Origin: an uncultured Candidatus Saccharibacteria bacterium
Lineage (GTDB): Bacteria; Patescibacteriota; Minisyncoccia; Minisyncoccales; UBA1441
Assembly (NCBI GenBank): GCA_964386365.1
Contig: CAYLQR010000027.1
Span: forward strand, 1 to 39,482
Length of the DNA stretch: 39,482 nt
Reading direction: 5' to 3'
Below are positions 7,580 to 17,687 of the stretch, piece after piece (position 1 is the first letter of the stretch; every line of letters starts with the position of its first letter). The position numbers and the translations under genes are program-made. A model generated the notes under the pieces. That model searched no databases. It was not told the DNA's origin and worked only from the letters and a program-made list of their open reading frames with translations.

Positions 7580-9043
7580 ATGACTCAGGAAGAAGAAATT
7601 AGAAAAGAAAGAATTCAGGAAGTAAAATCTCTTCAAAGGCAAGGGAAAGAGGTTTATCCAGCTCGAGCTGAGCGTACTCATACTATCGCCGAAGCTTTAA
7701 AAAAATTCCGTTTTTTATCTCATCGGAAGAAAGAGTTGATTTTAGTAGGAAGAATTTTATCCTTCCGTCATCATGGAGCTTTAACCTTTCTTGATCTTCA
7801 AGATGAAAGTGGAAAAATTCAAGTTTTCATTGGGAAAAAGACCTTAGGCCCCAAAGCCTATGATTTCTTTCTCCAATATTTTCACCCGGGGGATTTTGCA
7901 GAAATCCGTGGAACACTTTTAAAAACAAAAGCGGGAGAAAAAAGTATTAAGGGAGAAAAGATTGAAATATTAAGCAAGGCTCTTCGTCCCTGGCCAAGTC
8001 AATGGTTTGGCCTTAAAGATATTGAGACTCGTTATCGAAAACGCTATTTAGACCTAGCTCTCAATCCAAAAGTTAAAGAGAATTTTCTAATTCGTTCTAA
8101 GGTTATTAGCGAAATTAGAGAATTCTTAGAAAAGAATGATTTTATTGAGGTAGAAACGCCCATTCTTCAACCTCAATACGGAGGAGCAAAGGCTAATCCT
8201 TTCATAACTCATTTAGCGGCTCTTGATCTTGACCTTTATCTTCGTATTTCTCCAGAACTTTACCTTAAAAGATTGCTTATTGGAGGTTGGGAGAAAGTTT
8301 ATGAAATCGCTAAAGACTTTCGAAACGAAGGATTAGATCAAAGTCATAATCCAGAATTTACCATGCTGGAATTTTACTGGGCTTATGCTGACTACAAAGC
8401 AGTTATGAAATTGACAGAAGAGCTTTTTACTTATCTTTTAAAAAAGCTTTTTGGAAAATTGGAAATTACTTATCAAGGGAAAGAGCTTAATTTCCGCCGT
8501 CCCTGGAAAAGAATGGATTTTAGTCAATTATTGAAACAATATACTAAAATTGATCTCGAAGAAGTTAATGCTTCTGCTCTTAAGAAAGAGGCAGAAAAAC
8601 TAGGAGTAGAAGTGCCAGTTGGAGCGGCTAAGCCAGAAATTGCTGATCAAATTTACAAGAAATATTGCCGACCTAAAATTTGGGAACCGACTTTTGTTCT
8701 CCACCACCCTCGAGGGAGTTTTCCCTTAGCTAAAGAGTTAGCTAATAACCCTAATCAGACAGAAAATTTCCAATTAGTAGTTGCTAATTGGGAATTAATC
8801 AATGCCTTCTCGGAACAAAATAATCCTTTGGTTCAAGAAGAAATTTTTAAAGCTCAAGAAGAAAATTACCAACACGGTTTTAGCGAAGCCCAAAGAATGG
8901 ATAAAGACTTTCTAGTTGCTCTTGAATATGGAATGCCGCCAGCTGGAGGACTGGGTTTAGGAATTGACCGTTTAGTAACTCTTTTAACTGATTCTCGAAA
9001 TTTGAGAGAGGTTATTCTCTTCCCAACAATGAAACCCAATTAA
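7580..9043 (+). CDS. lysS: Lysine--tRNA ligase (class II)
   Basis: RYRKRYLDL, YLRISPELYLKRL, FRNEG, HNPEFTMLEFY, YGMPPAGGLGLGIDRL. ATG at 7580 directly follows the pbp2 stop. Confidence 0.97.
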   Translation: MTQEEEIRKERIQEVKSLQRQGKEVYPARAERTHTIAEALKKFRFLSHRKKELILVGRILSFRHHGALTFLDLQDESGKIQVFIGKKTLGPKAYDFFLQYFHPGDFAEIRGTLLKTKAGEKSIKGEKIEILSKALRPWPSQWFGLKDIETRYRKRYLDLALNPKVKENFLIRSKVISEIREFLEKNDFIEVETPILQPQYGGAKANPFITHLAALDLDLYLRISPELYLKRLLIGGWEKVYEIAKDFRNEGLDQSHNPEFTMLEFYWAYADYKAVMKLTEELFTYLLKKLFGKLEITYQGKELNFRRPWKRMDFSQLLKQYTKIDLEEVNASALKKEAEKLGVEVPVGAAKPEIADQIYKKYCRPKIWEPTFVLHHPRGSFPLAKELANNPNQTENFQLVVANWELINAFSEQNNPLVQEEIFKAQEENYQHGFSEAQRMDKDFLVALEYGMPPAGGLGLGIDRLVTLLTDSRNLREVILFPTMKPN

Positions 9044-9044
9044 A

Positions 9045-10277
9045 ATGTTGTCTTTAGAATTTATTAGAGAAAACCCCCAGATAGTTGAAAAAAATCTTCA
9101 GAAAAGGAAGGTTAAAGTTGATTTAGGAAAAATTCAGAAAGAAGATCAAAAAAGACGTCGTTTGATTAACTCTTTGGGAAAACTTCAGAATGAAAAAAAT
9201 ATTTTAAGTCAAGAGAAAATTAGTCCGGTAACTAGAGAAAAAGGGAAGAAGTTGAAAATTCAGATTAAAGATAAACAAAAACAGTTAAAAGAAGTGGAGC
9301 AAGAATTGTCAACTCTTCTTCTTAGTCTTCCTAATATTCTTCAAGAAGAAGTCCCTGAAGGAGAAGAGGGGATTGTTCTAAGAAAGTTTGGAGAAAAACC
9401 TAAATTTACTTTTTTACCGAAAAGTTATTTAGAATTAAACGAAAAACTTAATTTGATCGACACTCAAAGAGCAGCTAAAGTAGCCGGCTCTCGTTTTGCT
9501 TATTTAAAAGGAGAAATGGCTCTTTTAGAATTTGCCTTAATCCGTTTTACTTTAGATTTTCTTCAACCTAAAGGATTTCTCCCAATTCTTCCTCCAGTAA
9601 TGATAAAGCCAAGCATTATGGAGTCTTTAGGCTATGGGGGATTAGCTCAACAAGACATTTATTTTTTAGAAAAAGACAATTTAAATTTAATTGGGACAGC
9701 TGAACATAGTTTGGCTGCTATGTATCAAGAAGAAATTCTTGATCCCTCTTCTCTTCCTCAAAGACTTGTCGGTTTTTCTACTTGTTTTCGGAGAGAAGCC
9801 GGCTCTCACGGAAAAGATGTTAAGGGAATTATGAGAGAACATCAATTTGATAAACTAGAGATGTTTAGTTTTTCTAAGCCGGAATCGTCTAAAGAAGAGC
9901 AGGCTTTTCTTTTAAAAAATGAAGAAGAAATGCTTCAAGCGTTAGGTCTTCACTATCAAGTCGTCCGCCTGGGTTCTCAAGATATGGCGGCTTGTTCTTC
10001 CATGACTATTGATATTGAAACCTGGATTCCTTCAGAGAAACGTTATCGAGAGACTCATTCTTGTTCCAATTGTACTGATTATCAAGCTAGGGGATTGAAT
10101 ATTCGTTATCGGACACCAGATGGTAAAACAGATTTTCTCCACACTCTTAACGGAACTGCTTTTGCTATTGGTCGAATATTGATTGCTATTTTAGAAAATT
10201 ATCAGCAGGAAGATGGTTCAATTAAGATTCCGACTGCCCTTCAAAAATATTTGAATTTCCAGGAAATTAAACGATGA
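9045..10277 (+). CDS. serS: Serine--tRNA ligase
   Basis: GTAEH, CFRREAGSHGKD, HQFDKLE, SCSNCTDYQAR, HTLNGT. Confidence 0.97.
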   Translation: MLSLEFIRENPQIVEKNLQKRKVKVDLGKIQKEDQKRRRLINSLGKLQNEKNILSQEKISPVTREKGKKLKIQIKDKQKQLKEVEQELSTLLLSLPNILQEEVPEGEEGIVLRKFGEKPKFTFLPKSYLELNEKLNLIDTQRAAKVAGSRFAYLKGEMALLEFALIRFTLDFLQPKGFLPILPPVMIKPSIMESLGYGGLAQQDIYFLEKDNLNLIGTAEHSLAAMYQEEILDPSSLPQRLVGFSTCFRREAGSHGKDVKGIMREHQFDKLEMFSFSKPESSKEEQAFLLKNEEEMLQALGLHYQVVRLGSQDMAACSSMTIDIETWIPSEKRYRETHSCSNCTDYQARGLNIRYRTPDGKTDFLHTLNGTAFAIGRILIAILENYQQEDGSIKIPTALQKYLNFQEIKR

Positions 10278-11074
10278 AAGAAGAAAAGATAAAGATCTAT
10301 TCTTCTCCAGTCAATTATCGAGTTGTCGGTTCAGGAAAGCCAGTTATTCTTTTACATGGTTGGCGTAGCTCTGTTAAAAGCTGGGCCTCTTTTCAAGAAA
10401 AATTAGCTGGAGAAAAAAGAAAAGTTATTATTCCTGATTTACCAGGTTTTGGAAAAACTCCTTTGCCAAGTAGCCAAGGTTGGCCTTTAAATTATTACGC
10501 TCAATGGGTTGAAAAATTTATCCAGGAATTAGGAAAAAGGGGAGAATTAGACTTTCCTTTGACTTTAATTGGTCATTCTTTTGGAGGAAGAATTGCCATT
10601 AAGTTAGGAGCTGCTAGAAAAATTCCTTTAGACTCTATAATTCTCATTGATGCGGCTGGTTTAATTCCTCCAGCTGATTTTTCAAAAAGAATAATTGCTG
10701 AAATAGTTAAAGGAGGAGAGATTTTTTTAACTGCTTTCTATTTTCCTCCTCGCTTTAAGGAATATTTAAGGCTTCTTGTTTATCAAATTATTCGACAAAA
10801 AGATTATTTGAAGGTTAGCCCAGAAATGAGAGAAACCTTCAGAAAGGTTATTGGAGAAGATTTATTTTCTCTTCTTCCGGAAATAGATTTGCCAACTTTA
10901 ATTATTTGGGGAGAGAAAGATACTTTACTTCCTTTAGAACAAGCTTTTATTTTCCGAGAACAAATACCCAATTCTAAACTTGAGATTATTCCGGAATCTG
11001 GCCATAGTCCTCATTTAGAGACTCCTGATAAACTTCTTTCTTTGATTATTAATTTTCTCCAGGAGAATGAATAA
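10274..11074 (+). CDS. Alpha/beta-fold hydrolase
   Basis: LLHGW, PDLPGFG, GHSFGG nucleophile elbow, WGEKD, GHSPH. Confidence 0.9.
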   Translation: MKEEKIKIYSSPVNYRVVGSGKPVILLHGWRSSVKSWASFQEKLAGEKRKVIIPDLPGFGKTPLPSSQGWPLNYYAQWVEKFIQELGKRGELDFPLTLIGHSFGGRIAIKLGAARKIPLDSIILIDAAGLIPPADFSKRIIAEIVKGGEIFLTAFYFPPRFKEYLRLLVYQIIRQKDYLKVSPEMRETFRKVIGEDLFSLLPEIDLPTLIIWGEKDTLLPLEQAFIFREQIPNSKLEIIPESGHSPHLETPDKLLSLIINFLQENE

Positions 11075-12047
11075 TCAAGAAAGTTGGGACAATTTTCTAG
11101 AAAAAAATGGGGGAGAATTTTTGCAGTCTTGGTTTTGGGGAGAATTCCAAAAAAAGTTAGGGAAGAACATTTGGCGATTGAAGATTGGTCAAGAACCAAA
11201 CGTCCTCCAAGCTCAAATTATTGAAGAGAAACTGCCTTTGAATAAAAGCTCCTTTTATTTAGCTCGAGGGCCAGTCTTTTCTTCTAATAGTTCTCCAGCC
11301 GAAAAAAGAAAGCTTGAAGAAAAGCTTTGGTTAAAGATAAAAGAATTGAGTCAAAATAGTTCGGCTGTTTTTTTAAGAATTGAGCCTTTAACTGATTTGG
11401 ATTTCTTTTCTTCTTTAGGTTCACCAACTTTTAAAAAGATTCAGCCATCAAAAACCCTTTTTCTTGATTTAAGTCCTTCCTTGGAAGAAATTTTTAAAAA
11501 TCTTTCTGCTCGTTCTCGTTACAATGTTCGCTTAGCTGAAAGGAAAGGAGTGAAATGTATTCATAGTCATCAGAAAGAAGAAAACTATTTTTCTGCTTTT
11601 TTGAAACTGATTAAAGAAACTGGAGAAAGGAAAAGATTTCATCCTCATTCTTCTTCCTATTTCAAAGAATTACTTCAATTTATTCTTGAGGAAAAAAGGG
11701 GAGAATTATTTTTAGCTGAATATCAAGAAAAAATTATCGGTGCTTATTTAGTTGTATTTTGGAATAGGCAGGCCATCGATCTTCATGGAGCAGTTGATTA
11801 TCGTTACCGTTCTACTAAAGTTGCCCATTTTCTCCAGTGGGAAAAGATAAAATTTGCTAAAAACAAAAATTGTTCTATTTATGATTTTTGGGGAATTGAT
11901 GAGAAGCGTTGGCCAGGAGTAACTTTTTTTAAGAAGAGTTTTGGGGGAGAGGAAAAGAAATATCCTCTTGGTCTAGAAATTCCTTTAAAATCTAATTGGT
12001 TCTTAATCTATCAACTTTTCCGAAAAATTAAAAAAGTATGCTCTTAA
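11067..12047 (+). CDS. FemABX-family aminoacyl-tRNA-dependent peptidoglycan peptidyltransferase
   Basis: FLQSWFWGEFQ, RGPV, RYNVRLAERKGV, YDFWGI, GVTFFKKSFGG. Confidence 0.88.
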   Translation: MNNQESWDNFLEKNGGEFLQSWFWGEFQKKLGKNIWRLKIGQEPNVLQAQIIEEKLPLNKSSFYLARGPVFSSNSSPAEKRKLEEKLWLKIKELSQNSSAVFLRIEPLTDLDFFSSLGSPTFKKIQPSKTLFLDLSPSLEEIFKNLSARSRYNVRLAERKGVKCIHSHQKEENYFSAFLKLIKETGERKRFHPHSSSYFKELLQFILEEKRGELFLAEYQEKIIGAYLVVFWNRQAIDLHGAVDYRYRSTKVAHFLQWEKIKFAKNKNCSIYDFWGIDEKRWPGVTFFKKSFGGEEKKYPLGLEIPLKSNWFLIYQLFRKIKKVCS

Positions 12048-13633
12048 GCTTACCTTTAAAGAATGCTTTATTAGCTTTTGCTTTTCTTTCATTCCTTCGC
12101 CAATCACTTTTTTGGCTTTACTTTTGGCAACTGAAGGAATATCGCTGGAGCCGAATTAAAGAAGAAATTAGTCGGAATCGAAAAATTATTCCTTGGAGAA
12201 CAAGCGGAGCGGCTTTAATTATTTTTGGTCTCTCTCTTACTTATACTCCCTTAACCTTTAGCTTGGTTTTTCTTTATTTCATTTTTCAAGGAGGCCGTTC
12301 CTTGGAAAAAGCCTTTCGTAGAAATTGGATTCTTCCTCAGAAATTTACTAAAAAAATTCTTTTAAGCTTAATCTTAGCTATTGTTGGTTGGGGAGCTTTC
12401 ATTTTTTTAAAAAGTTTCTTTTGGCTCCAGGCTATTCTTTTGATTGAAGTCATTTTACCTTTTTGGATAGCCGGAGCAGTAAAATTAGCAGAAATCCCTG
12501 CTAGTCAGGTTAAAAAGAAAATTATTGCCAGGGCAAAAGAGAAAAGAGAAAAACATTCAGAATTAATAGTTATTGGCATTAGCGGTTCCTACGGGAAAAC
12601 AACCGTCAAAGAATTATTGAAAATTCTTCTTAGTTGTCATTGCGGGAAAGAAAAAGTTTTGACAACTACTCATCATGTCAATACTCAATTAGGAATTGCC
12701 CAAACAATTCTTCAAAAGCTTAATGATAATCATCGTTTCTTTGTCGTGGAGATAGGAGCCTATCAAAGAGGAGAAATAGAAGAAGTAGCCAAACTAGTTC
12801 AACCTAAAATTGGAATTTTAACTGGTATTAATGAACAACATTTGGCTCTTTTTGGTTCATTAGAAAACATTATTCAAGGAAAGCTTGAATTGATTAAAAA
12901 TCTTTCTTCTCAAGGATGGGCTGTTTTAAATGGGGATTGTTCCCATTTGACAAAAAATAATACAAGAATAAGTCAAGAAAAATTTTTTGTTTCTGCCAAA
13001 GCCCCTAATCCAGAAAGAGAATTAGAAGTAAAGAATTTAAAGGTTTTCCAAGACCATCTTGAAACAACTTTAGCTGATAAAGAAGAATCGGTTACTCTTT
13101 CCCTTCCTTTAATAGGGAAAGAACAAATAATTAATCTTCTTTTAGCTGTCTTCACTGTTCAAAAACTAGGAATGACTCTAAAAGAAATCGCTGACTGCTT
13201 AAAAACTTCATCTCTAAAGAGTCCTCAAAAGATTATCAGAAAAAAGGAAGGCTGGACGATTATTAAAAATACTTATTCCACTAATCCTTCTGCTTTTTTA
13301 GCCGATTTAGAACATCTTAAGCTTTGGCCGGGGAAAAAGATTATAGTTACTCCAGGAATGATTGAATTAGGAAAAGAGGCCTCTTTTCTTCACCAAAAAG
13401 TCGGAAGGAAATTAGGAAAAGAAGCTGATTTAGTTATTGTAATAAAGAATTATTACTGGAAAAATCTCAGGAATGGATTTGAAGAAGGAAAAAAGATTGA
13501 AGGGAGAAAAGCAGAAATTGTTTTTCTTCCTCAATCAGAATCAGTAATAAAGAAAATAAAGGATTTTGTTCAATCAGAAGATGTCGTTCTCCTTGAAGGA
13601 AGAATGAGTAAAAACATTATTGATAAATTATGA
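12038..13633 (+). CDS. murF: MurF-like Mur ligase with N-terminal transmembrane region
   Basis: GISGSYGKTTVKE, NTQLGI, VVEIGAY, NEQHL, LNGD, NTYSTNP, TPGMIELG; hydrophobic N-terminal ~150 aa with QLKEY. Confidence 0.8.
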   Translation: MLLSLPLKNALLAFAFLSFLRQSLFWLYFWQLKEYRWSRIKEEISRNRKIIPWRTSGAALIIFGLSLTYTPLTFSLVFLYFIFQGGRSLEKAFRRNWILPQKFTKKILLSLILAIVGWGAFIFLKSFFWLQAILLIEVILPFWIAGAVKLAEIPASQVKKKIIARAKEKREKHSELIVIGISGSYGKTTVKELLKILLSCHCGKEKVLTTTHHVNTQLGIAQTILQKLNDNHRFFVVEIGAYQRGEIEEVAKLVQPKIGILTGINEQHLALFGSLENIIQGKLELIKNLSSQGWAVLNGDCSHLTKNNTRISQEKFFVSAKAPNPERELEVKNLKVFQDHLETTLADKEESVTLSLPLIGKEQIINLLLAVFTVQKLGMTLKEIADCLKTSSLKSPQKIIRKKEGWTIIKNTYSTNPSAFLADLEHLKLWPGKKIIVTPGMIELGKEASFLHQKVGRKLGKEADLVIVIKNYYWKNLRNGFEEGKKIEGRKAEIVFLPQSESVIKKIKDFVQSEDVVLLEGRMSKNIIDKL

Positions 13634-14883
13634 AAGCTGTTTTAGGAGCTTTGTCACCAAACATTGAAAAAGACGACGCTTGGTTGGCTTTGAAAGTTTT
13701 TCTTCGTCCTTGGAGGTGGAAACAAGGTTCGGCTACTCAAGAACTAGAAAAAGAAATAGCTAAATATCTTCAATTAGATAATGCTTTTGCTTTTAATAGC
13801 GGACGTTCTGCCTTGATAGCTATTCTTAAAAGCTTAGATCTTCCACCTCAATCTAAAGCTCTGATTCCTGGTTTTACTTGTACAGTCGCTGTTAATCCTA
13901 TTCGTTGGAGTCAATTAACTCCTGTTTTTATAGAGATTGAAGAAGACTTAAATATTTCTTTAAAAGATTTTTCTCACAAAGCAAAAGCGGGGGCTAGTCT
14001 TTTACTTGCTCAATCTACTTTTGGTTTACCCTTAGAGATGATAGAAATTCAAAAGATTGCTCAAGAAAATCAATTAATAGTTATTGAAGACGCTGCTCAC
14101 GCTTTAGGAGCAGAAAATCAAGGAAGAAAGATTGGAACCTTCGGTCAAGCCGCTTTTTTCAGTCTTGGACGCGATAAAGTAATTTCGGCTGTTTCTGGAG
14201 GCATAGCGGTTACAAAAGACAAAGAATTAGCTAAGAAGATAAGAGATTTTCAAAAGAAAGCGAAGCCAGCTTCTTACTTTTGGATTGCTCAGCAATTGCT
14301 TCACCCTATTCTAACTTATTTTTTAATAATTCCCGGTTATCAGAAAGGAGAATGGGGGAGAAGATTGCTTCTTCTCTTCCAAAAACTAGGAATTTTAACC
14401 AAGGCTGTCCATAAAAAAGAGAAGAGGGGAGAAAAACCGACTTATCTCCCTGGCCAGTTGCCTAATGCTTTGGCAATTCTAGGAAAACACCAATTATTTA
14501 AACTGGAAAGGTTTAATCAACATCGTCAAAAGATAGCTCAAATCTATGATAAAGATATTTCTAGTTCGGAAATAATTAAACCTCCTTTTAAAAAAGGGAG
14601 AATTTATTTAAAATATCCCCTTATTCTTCCTCATCATTCGACTGAATCCATTCTTAATAAATTAAGAAAAAAGAAAATTATTCTTTATGATGGTTGGCAA
14701 AATAGTCCAATTGTTCCTTCAGATACAAAATTAAAAAAAATTGGCTACCAATTAGGAAATTGTCCATTTTCAGAAAAGCTCTCTCAGAAAATTATCAATT
14801 TGCCGACTCACATTAACGTTTCCCCAGAACAAGCCAAGGAAATAGCTATCCAGGTTAATAAAATTCTTTCCCAAGATGAATGA
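13630..14883 (+). CDS. DegT/DnrJ/EryC1/StrS-family PLP aminotransferase
   Basis: FNSGRSAL, IEDAAHALGA, SLGRDK (PLP lysine), INLPTH. Confidence 0.88.
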   Translation: MKAVLGALSPNIEKDDAWLALKVFLRPWRWKQGSATQELEKEIAKYLQLDNAFAFNSGRSALIAILKSLDLPPQSKALIPGFTCTVAVNPIRWSQLTPVFIEIEEDLNISLKDFSHKAKAGASLLLAQSTFGLPLEMIEIQKIAQENQLIVIEDAAHALGAENQGRKIGTFGQAAFFSLGRDKVISAVSGGIAVTKDKELAKKIRDFQKKAKPASYFWIAQQLLHPILTYFLIIPGYQKGEWGRRLLLLFQKLGILTKAVHKKEKRGEKPTYLPGQLPNALAILGKHQLFKLERFNQHRQKIAQIYDKDISSSEIIKPPFKKGRIYLKYPLILPHHSTESILNKLRKKKIILYDGWQNSPIVPSDTKLKKIGYQLGNCPFSEKLSQKIINLPTHINVSPEQAKEIAIQVNKILSQDE

Positions 14884-16219
14884 AGAAATTACTTATCGAG
14901 TTTTTGAATTGAATCAAAAGATTAAAGGAATTTTAGAAACTTCTTTTCCTGAAGCCATTTGGGTAAAAGGGGAAATTTCTAGTTTTGACCGTCAAGCCAA
15001 AGAAAGGAATATTTATTTTCAGCTTCAAGAAAAAGACAAGATCCACGATCGACTCTTGGCGAGTATTGACTGTTTTTTAGGAGAATGGGCCAAGCCCCGA
15101 CTTCGACAGAGATTAGTCGAAGGAGGAGTAGTTAAACAGTTAAAAGGAGGAATGGATGGCTTAGAGGTTCGATTGAAAGTGAGAATTTCTGTTTATGCTC
15201 CCGGAGGCCGATATCGATTAACGGTTGAAGATATTGACCCGGCTTTTACTCTTGGGCAAATAGAGAAAAATAGGAAAAGAATAATTGATTATTTAGAAAA
15301 AAGCGGTCTTTTAGAAAAAAATAGAGAGGAAACTTTTCTGCCAGTAGTCGTCCAAAGAATTGGGCTTATTACCAGAGAAAGAAGCCAAGCTTATTTTGAC
15401 TTTTTAAAAAAGCTAGAGAACAGTCAACTTTCTTTTACTATTCTTTTTCATCAAGCGACTGTTCAAGGACAACGATTGGCCCCAGAAATTTTGAAAGCTA
15501 TTAATTATTTCCAAAACCATTTAGAAGAAATTGACGCCTTAGCAATTATTCGAGGGGGAGGATCTAGAAGTGATTTAAGCTGGTTTGATAATCAAGAATT
15601 AGCCGAAGTAATTGCTAATTTCCCAAAGCCAGTCTTCACCGGAATTGGTCACAAAAAAGACATTAGCATCGCTGATTTAGTCGCTTACGAAGCGGCTTCC
15701 ACTCCTAGCTCTTTAGCTGATTTCCTTGTTAGTCGCAATGAAGATTTTTTAAGAAAAGTAGAAAAGATTGGAAGAGAATTAAAACTTTCTTCAACTCATC
15801 TTCTAGCTTCTCAAAAACAATTTATTTATCATCTTCAATCGGCTTTCCAAGCTGAAGCTCAAAAAAATATTCAAATGACTTCTCAAAAACTCCAATTCCT
15901 AAAAGAAGAAACTAGAACTACGAGTTTTAGAATATTGAAAGAAAAAAAAGAAATTCTCTTAGGAATAAAAGAAAAGGCCATTAATTTTAGTCAATCAATT
16001 CTTGAGAGAAATTGGAATAAGATAAAGAATTATCAAGAAAATCTTTCTTTTCTTGATCCAAGTAATGTTCTGAAGAGGGGCTTTAGTCTGACTACTATCA
16101 ATGGTAAAATAGTTAAAAGCATTAAAGAAATAAAAGTTGGAGATATTATTTGGACACATCTCCAAAAAGGTAAAATTAAAAGTCAAGTTAAAGATGCCAA
16201 AAAAGAAAAGCAAATCTGA
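14876..16219 (+). CDS. xseA: Exodeoxyribonuclease VII large subunit
   Basis: WVKGEIS, VQG, IIRGGGS..DL, TGIGH..D, TPS, LKRGFS. Confidence 0.94.
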   Translation: MNEEITYRVFELNQKIKGILETSFPEAIWVKGEISSFDRQAKERNIYFQLQEKDKIHDRLLASIDCFLGEWAKPRLRQRLVEGGVVKQLKGGMDGLEVRLKVRISVYAPGGRYRLTVEDIDPAFTLGQIEKNRKRIIDYLEKSGLLEKNREETFLPVVVQRIGLITRERSQAYFDFLKKLENSQLSFTILFHQATVQGQRLAPEILKAINYFQNHLEEIDALAIIRGGGSRSDLSWFDNQELAEVIANFPKPVFTGIGHKKDISIADLVAYEAASTPSSLADFLVSRNEDFLRKVEKIGRELKLSSTHLLASQKQFIYHLQSAFQAEAQKNIQMTSQKLQFLKEETRTTSFRILKEKKEILLGIKEKAINFSQSILERNWNKIKNYQENLSFLDPSNVLKRGFSLTTINGKIVKSIKEIKVGDIIWTHLQKGKIKSQVKDAKKEKQI

Positions 16220-16415
16220 TTCTATTGGTTACGCCGAAGCCCTCACTAGACTAGAAGATATTTTAGAAAGTCTCCAAGAAGAAAAAGTAGATATTGATCA
16301 ATTATCTGAGAATCTAAAAGAAGCTTATAAATTAGTAGACCTTTGTCGTCAGAAAATTCAGAAGGTTGAAATGGAAGTACAAAGAATTGACCAGCAATTC
16401 GAAAAGAAAGATTAA
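16194..16415 (+). CDS. xseB: Exodeoxyribonuclease VII small subunit
   Basis: YAEALTRLEDILESL..L..C..K..E pattern; follows xseA; ATG at 16194 chosen. Confidence 0.88.
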   Translation: MPKKKSKSDSIGYAEALTRLEDILESLQEEKVDIDQLSENLKEAYKLVDLCRQKIQKVEMEVQRIDQQFEKKD

Positions 16416-16423
16416 AGAAAAGG

Positions 16424-16663
16424 ATGCTTATTAAAGTAGCTGTTCAAGCAGGAGCCAAGAAAGACCAGGTTATTCTTAAAAAGGAAAAGGAATTTTTAGT
16501 TGAAACTCGTCAACCAGCTAAAGAGGGAAAAGCTAATCAGGCAGTTCGTCTTCTGCTTGCTGATTACTTAGGAATTCCCTTAAATAAAATAAGACTAATT
16601 CGGGGAAGAATACAACCCCATAAAATTTTTAGAATTTATTCCGATGATCGTAAAAACGATTGA
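16424..16663 (+). CDS. DUF167 (YggU-like) protein
   Basis: IKV.V..GAKK, PAKEGKANQAV..LLA.Y, G....HK. Confidence 0.85.
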   Translation: MLIKVAVQAGAKKDQVILKKEKEFLVETRQPAKEGKANQAVRLLLADYLGIPLNKIRLIRGRIQPHKIFRIYSDDRKND

Positions 16664-17687
16664 AGAAAAAGAAATCTGGGAAAATTTTCTTCAAAAAGTT
16701 TCGAAAAAAACTTTTTTAGAGTCTTGGAACTGGGGAGAATTTCAAAAAAAACAAGGAAGAAAAATTTGGAGATTAGGAATTTATGAAGATGAAGAATTAA
16801 AAGGAGTGACTCTTCTTGTCAAAACTCCTTTATTAAAGCTGGGAGTTTTTGAGAAGAATTTTTTCTTTTGTCCTCATGGTCCAGTTATTCTAGATAAAAA
16901 CTTAAAAGCTAGAAAAGATTTACTAGCAGTTCTCTTGGAAAAAATGAGAGTTCTAGCTAAAGAAGAAAAAGCTGTTTTTATTCGTTTAACTCCTCTTTGG
17001 GAATCAACGGAAGAAATTAAAAAACTATTTCAGTCTTTCGGTTTCCGAAAAGCTCCAATGTTTATTCATCCTGAAATAACTTGGCAACTTTCCTTGTTAC
17101 CTTCTGAAGAAAAGATTCTTCAAGATATGAGAAAAACAACTCGTTATTTAATCAGAAAAGGGCTTTCCCAGTCAAGTTTAAAAATTACTCAAGGGAAAAG
17201 TTCAGAAGATTTAGACGGTTTTTGGAAACTTTACAAAGAAACAGTTGATCGTCATCGTTTTTCTCCTTTTTCTAAAGAATATCTTACTCAAGAAATTTCA
17301 GCTTTTCAAAAAGATAATCAAATTATGGTTTTTTCTGCCTGGCTGAAAGATCAATTATTGGCTTCAGCTATTATTGTTTTTTGGCAAGGAATTGCTTTTT
17401 ATCATCATGGAGCTTCTTCTTATAAAGACCCAAAAGTGCCAGCTGCTTATCTTCTTCAATGGAAAGTGATTCAAGAAGCTAAAAGAAGAAATTGCCACCT
17501 TTATAATTTCTGGGGAATTGCTTCTACGGAATCTCCATCCCATCCTTGGCAAGGATTAACTCTTTTTAAGCGTGGTTTTGGAGGAAAGGAAGAAGCTTAT
17601 TTAGCTACTCAAGATTTGATTCTTTCTCCTTTCTATTGGCTAAATTGGATTTTAGAAAAGAGGCGAAGAGCTAAAAGGGGAGTATGA
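16644..17687 (+). CDS. Second FemABX-family peptidyltransferase
   Basis: FLESWNWGEFQ, CPHGPV, MRKTTRYLIRK, YHHGAS, YNFWGI, GLTLFKRGFGG. Confidence 0.88.
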   Translation: MIVKTIEEKEIWENFLQKVSKKTFLESWNWGEFQKKQGRKIWRLGIYEDEELKGVTLLVKTPLLKLGVFEKNFFFCPHGPVILDKNLKARKDLLAVLLEKMRVLAKEEKAVFIRLTPLWESTEEIKKLFQSFGFRKAPMFIHPEITWQLSLLPSEEKILQDMRKTTRYLIRKGLSQSSLKITQGKSSEDLDGFWKLYKETVDRHRFSPFSKEYLTQEISAFQKDNQIMVFSAWLKDQLLASAIIVFWQGIAFYHHGASSYKDPKVPAAYLLQWKVIQEAKRRNCHLYNFWGIASTESPSHPWQGLTLFKRGFGGKEEAYLATQDLILSPFYWLNWILEKRRRAKRGV

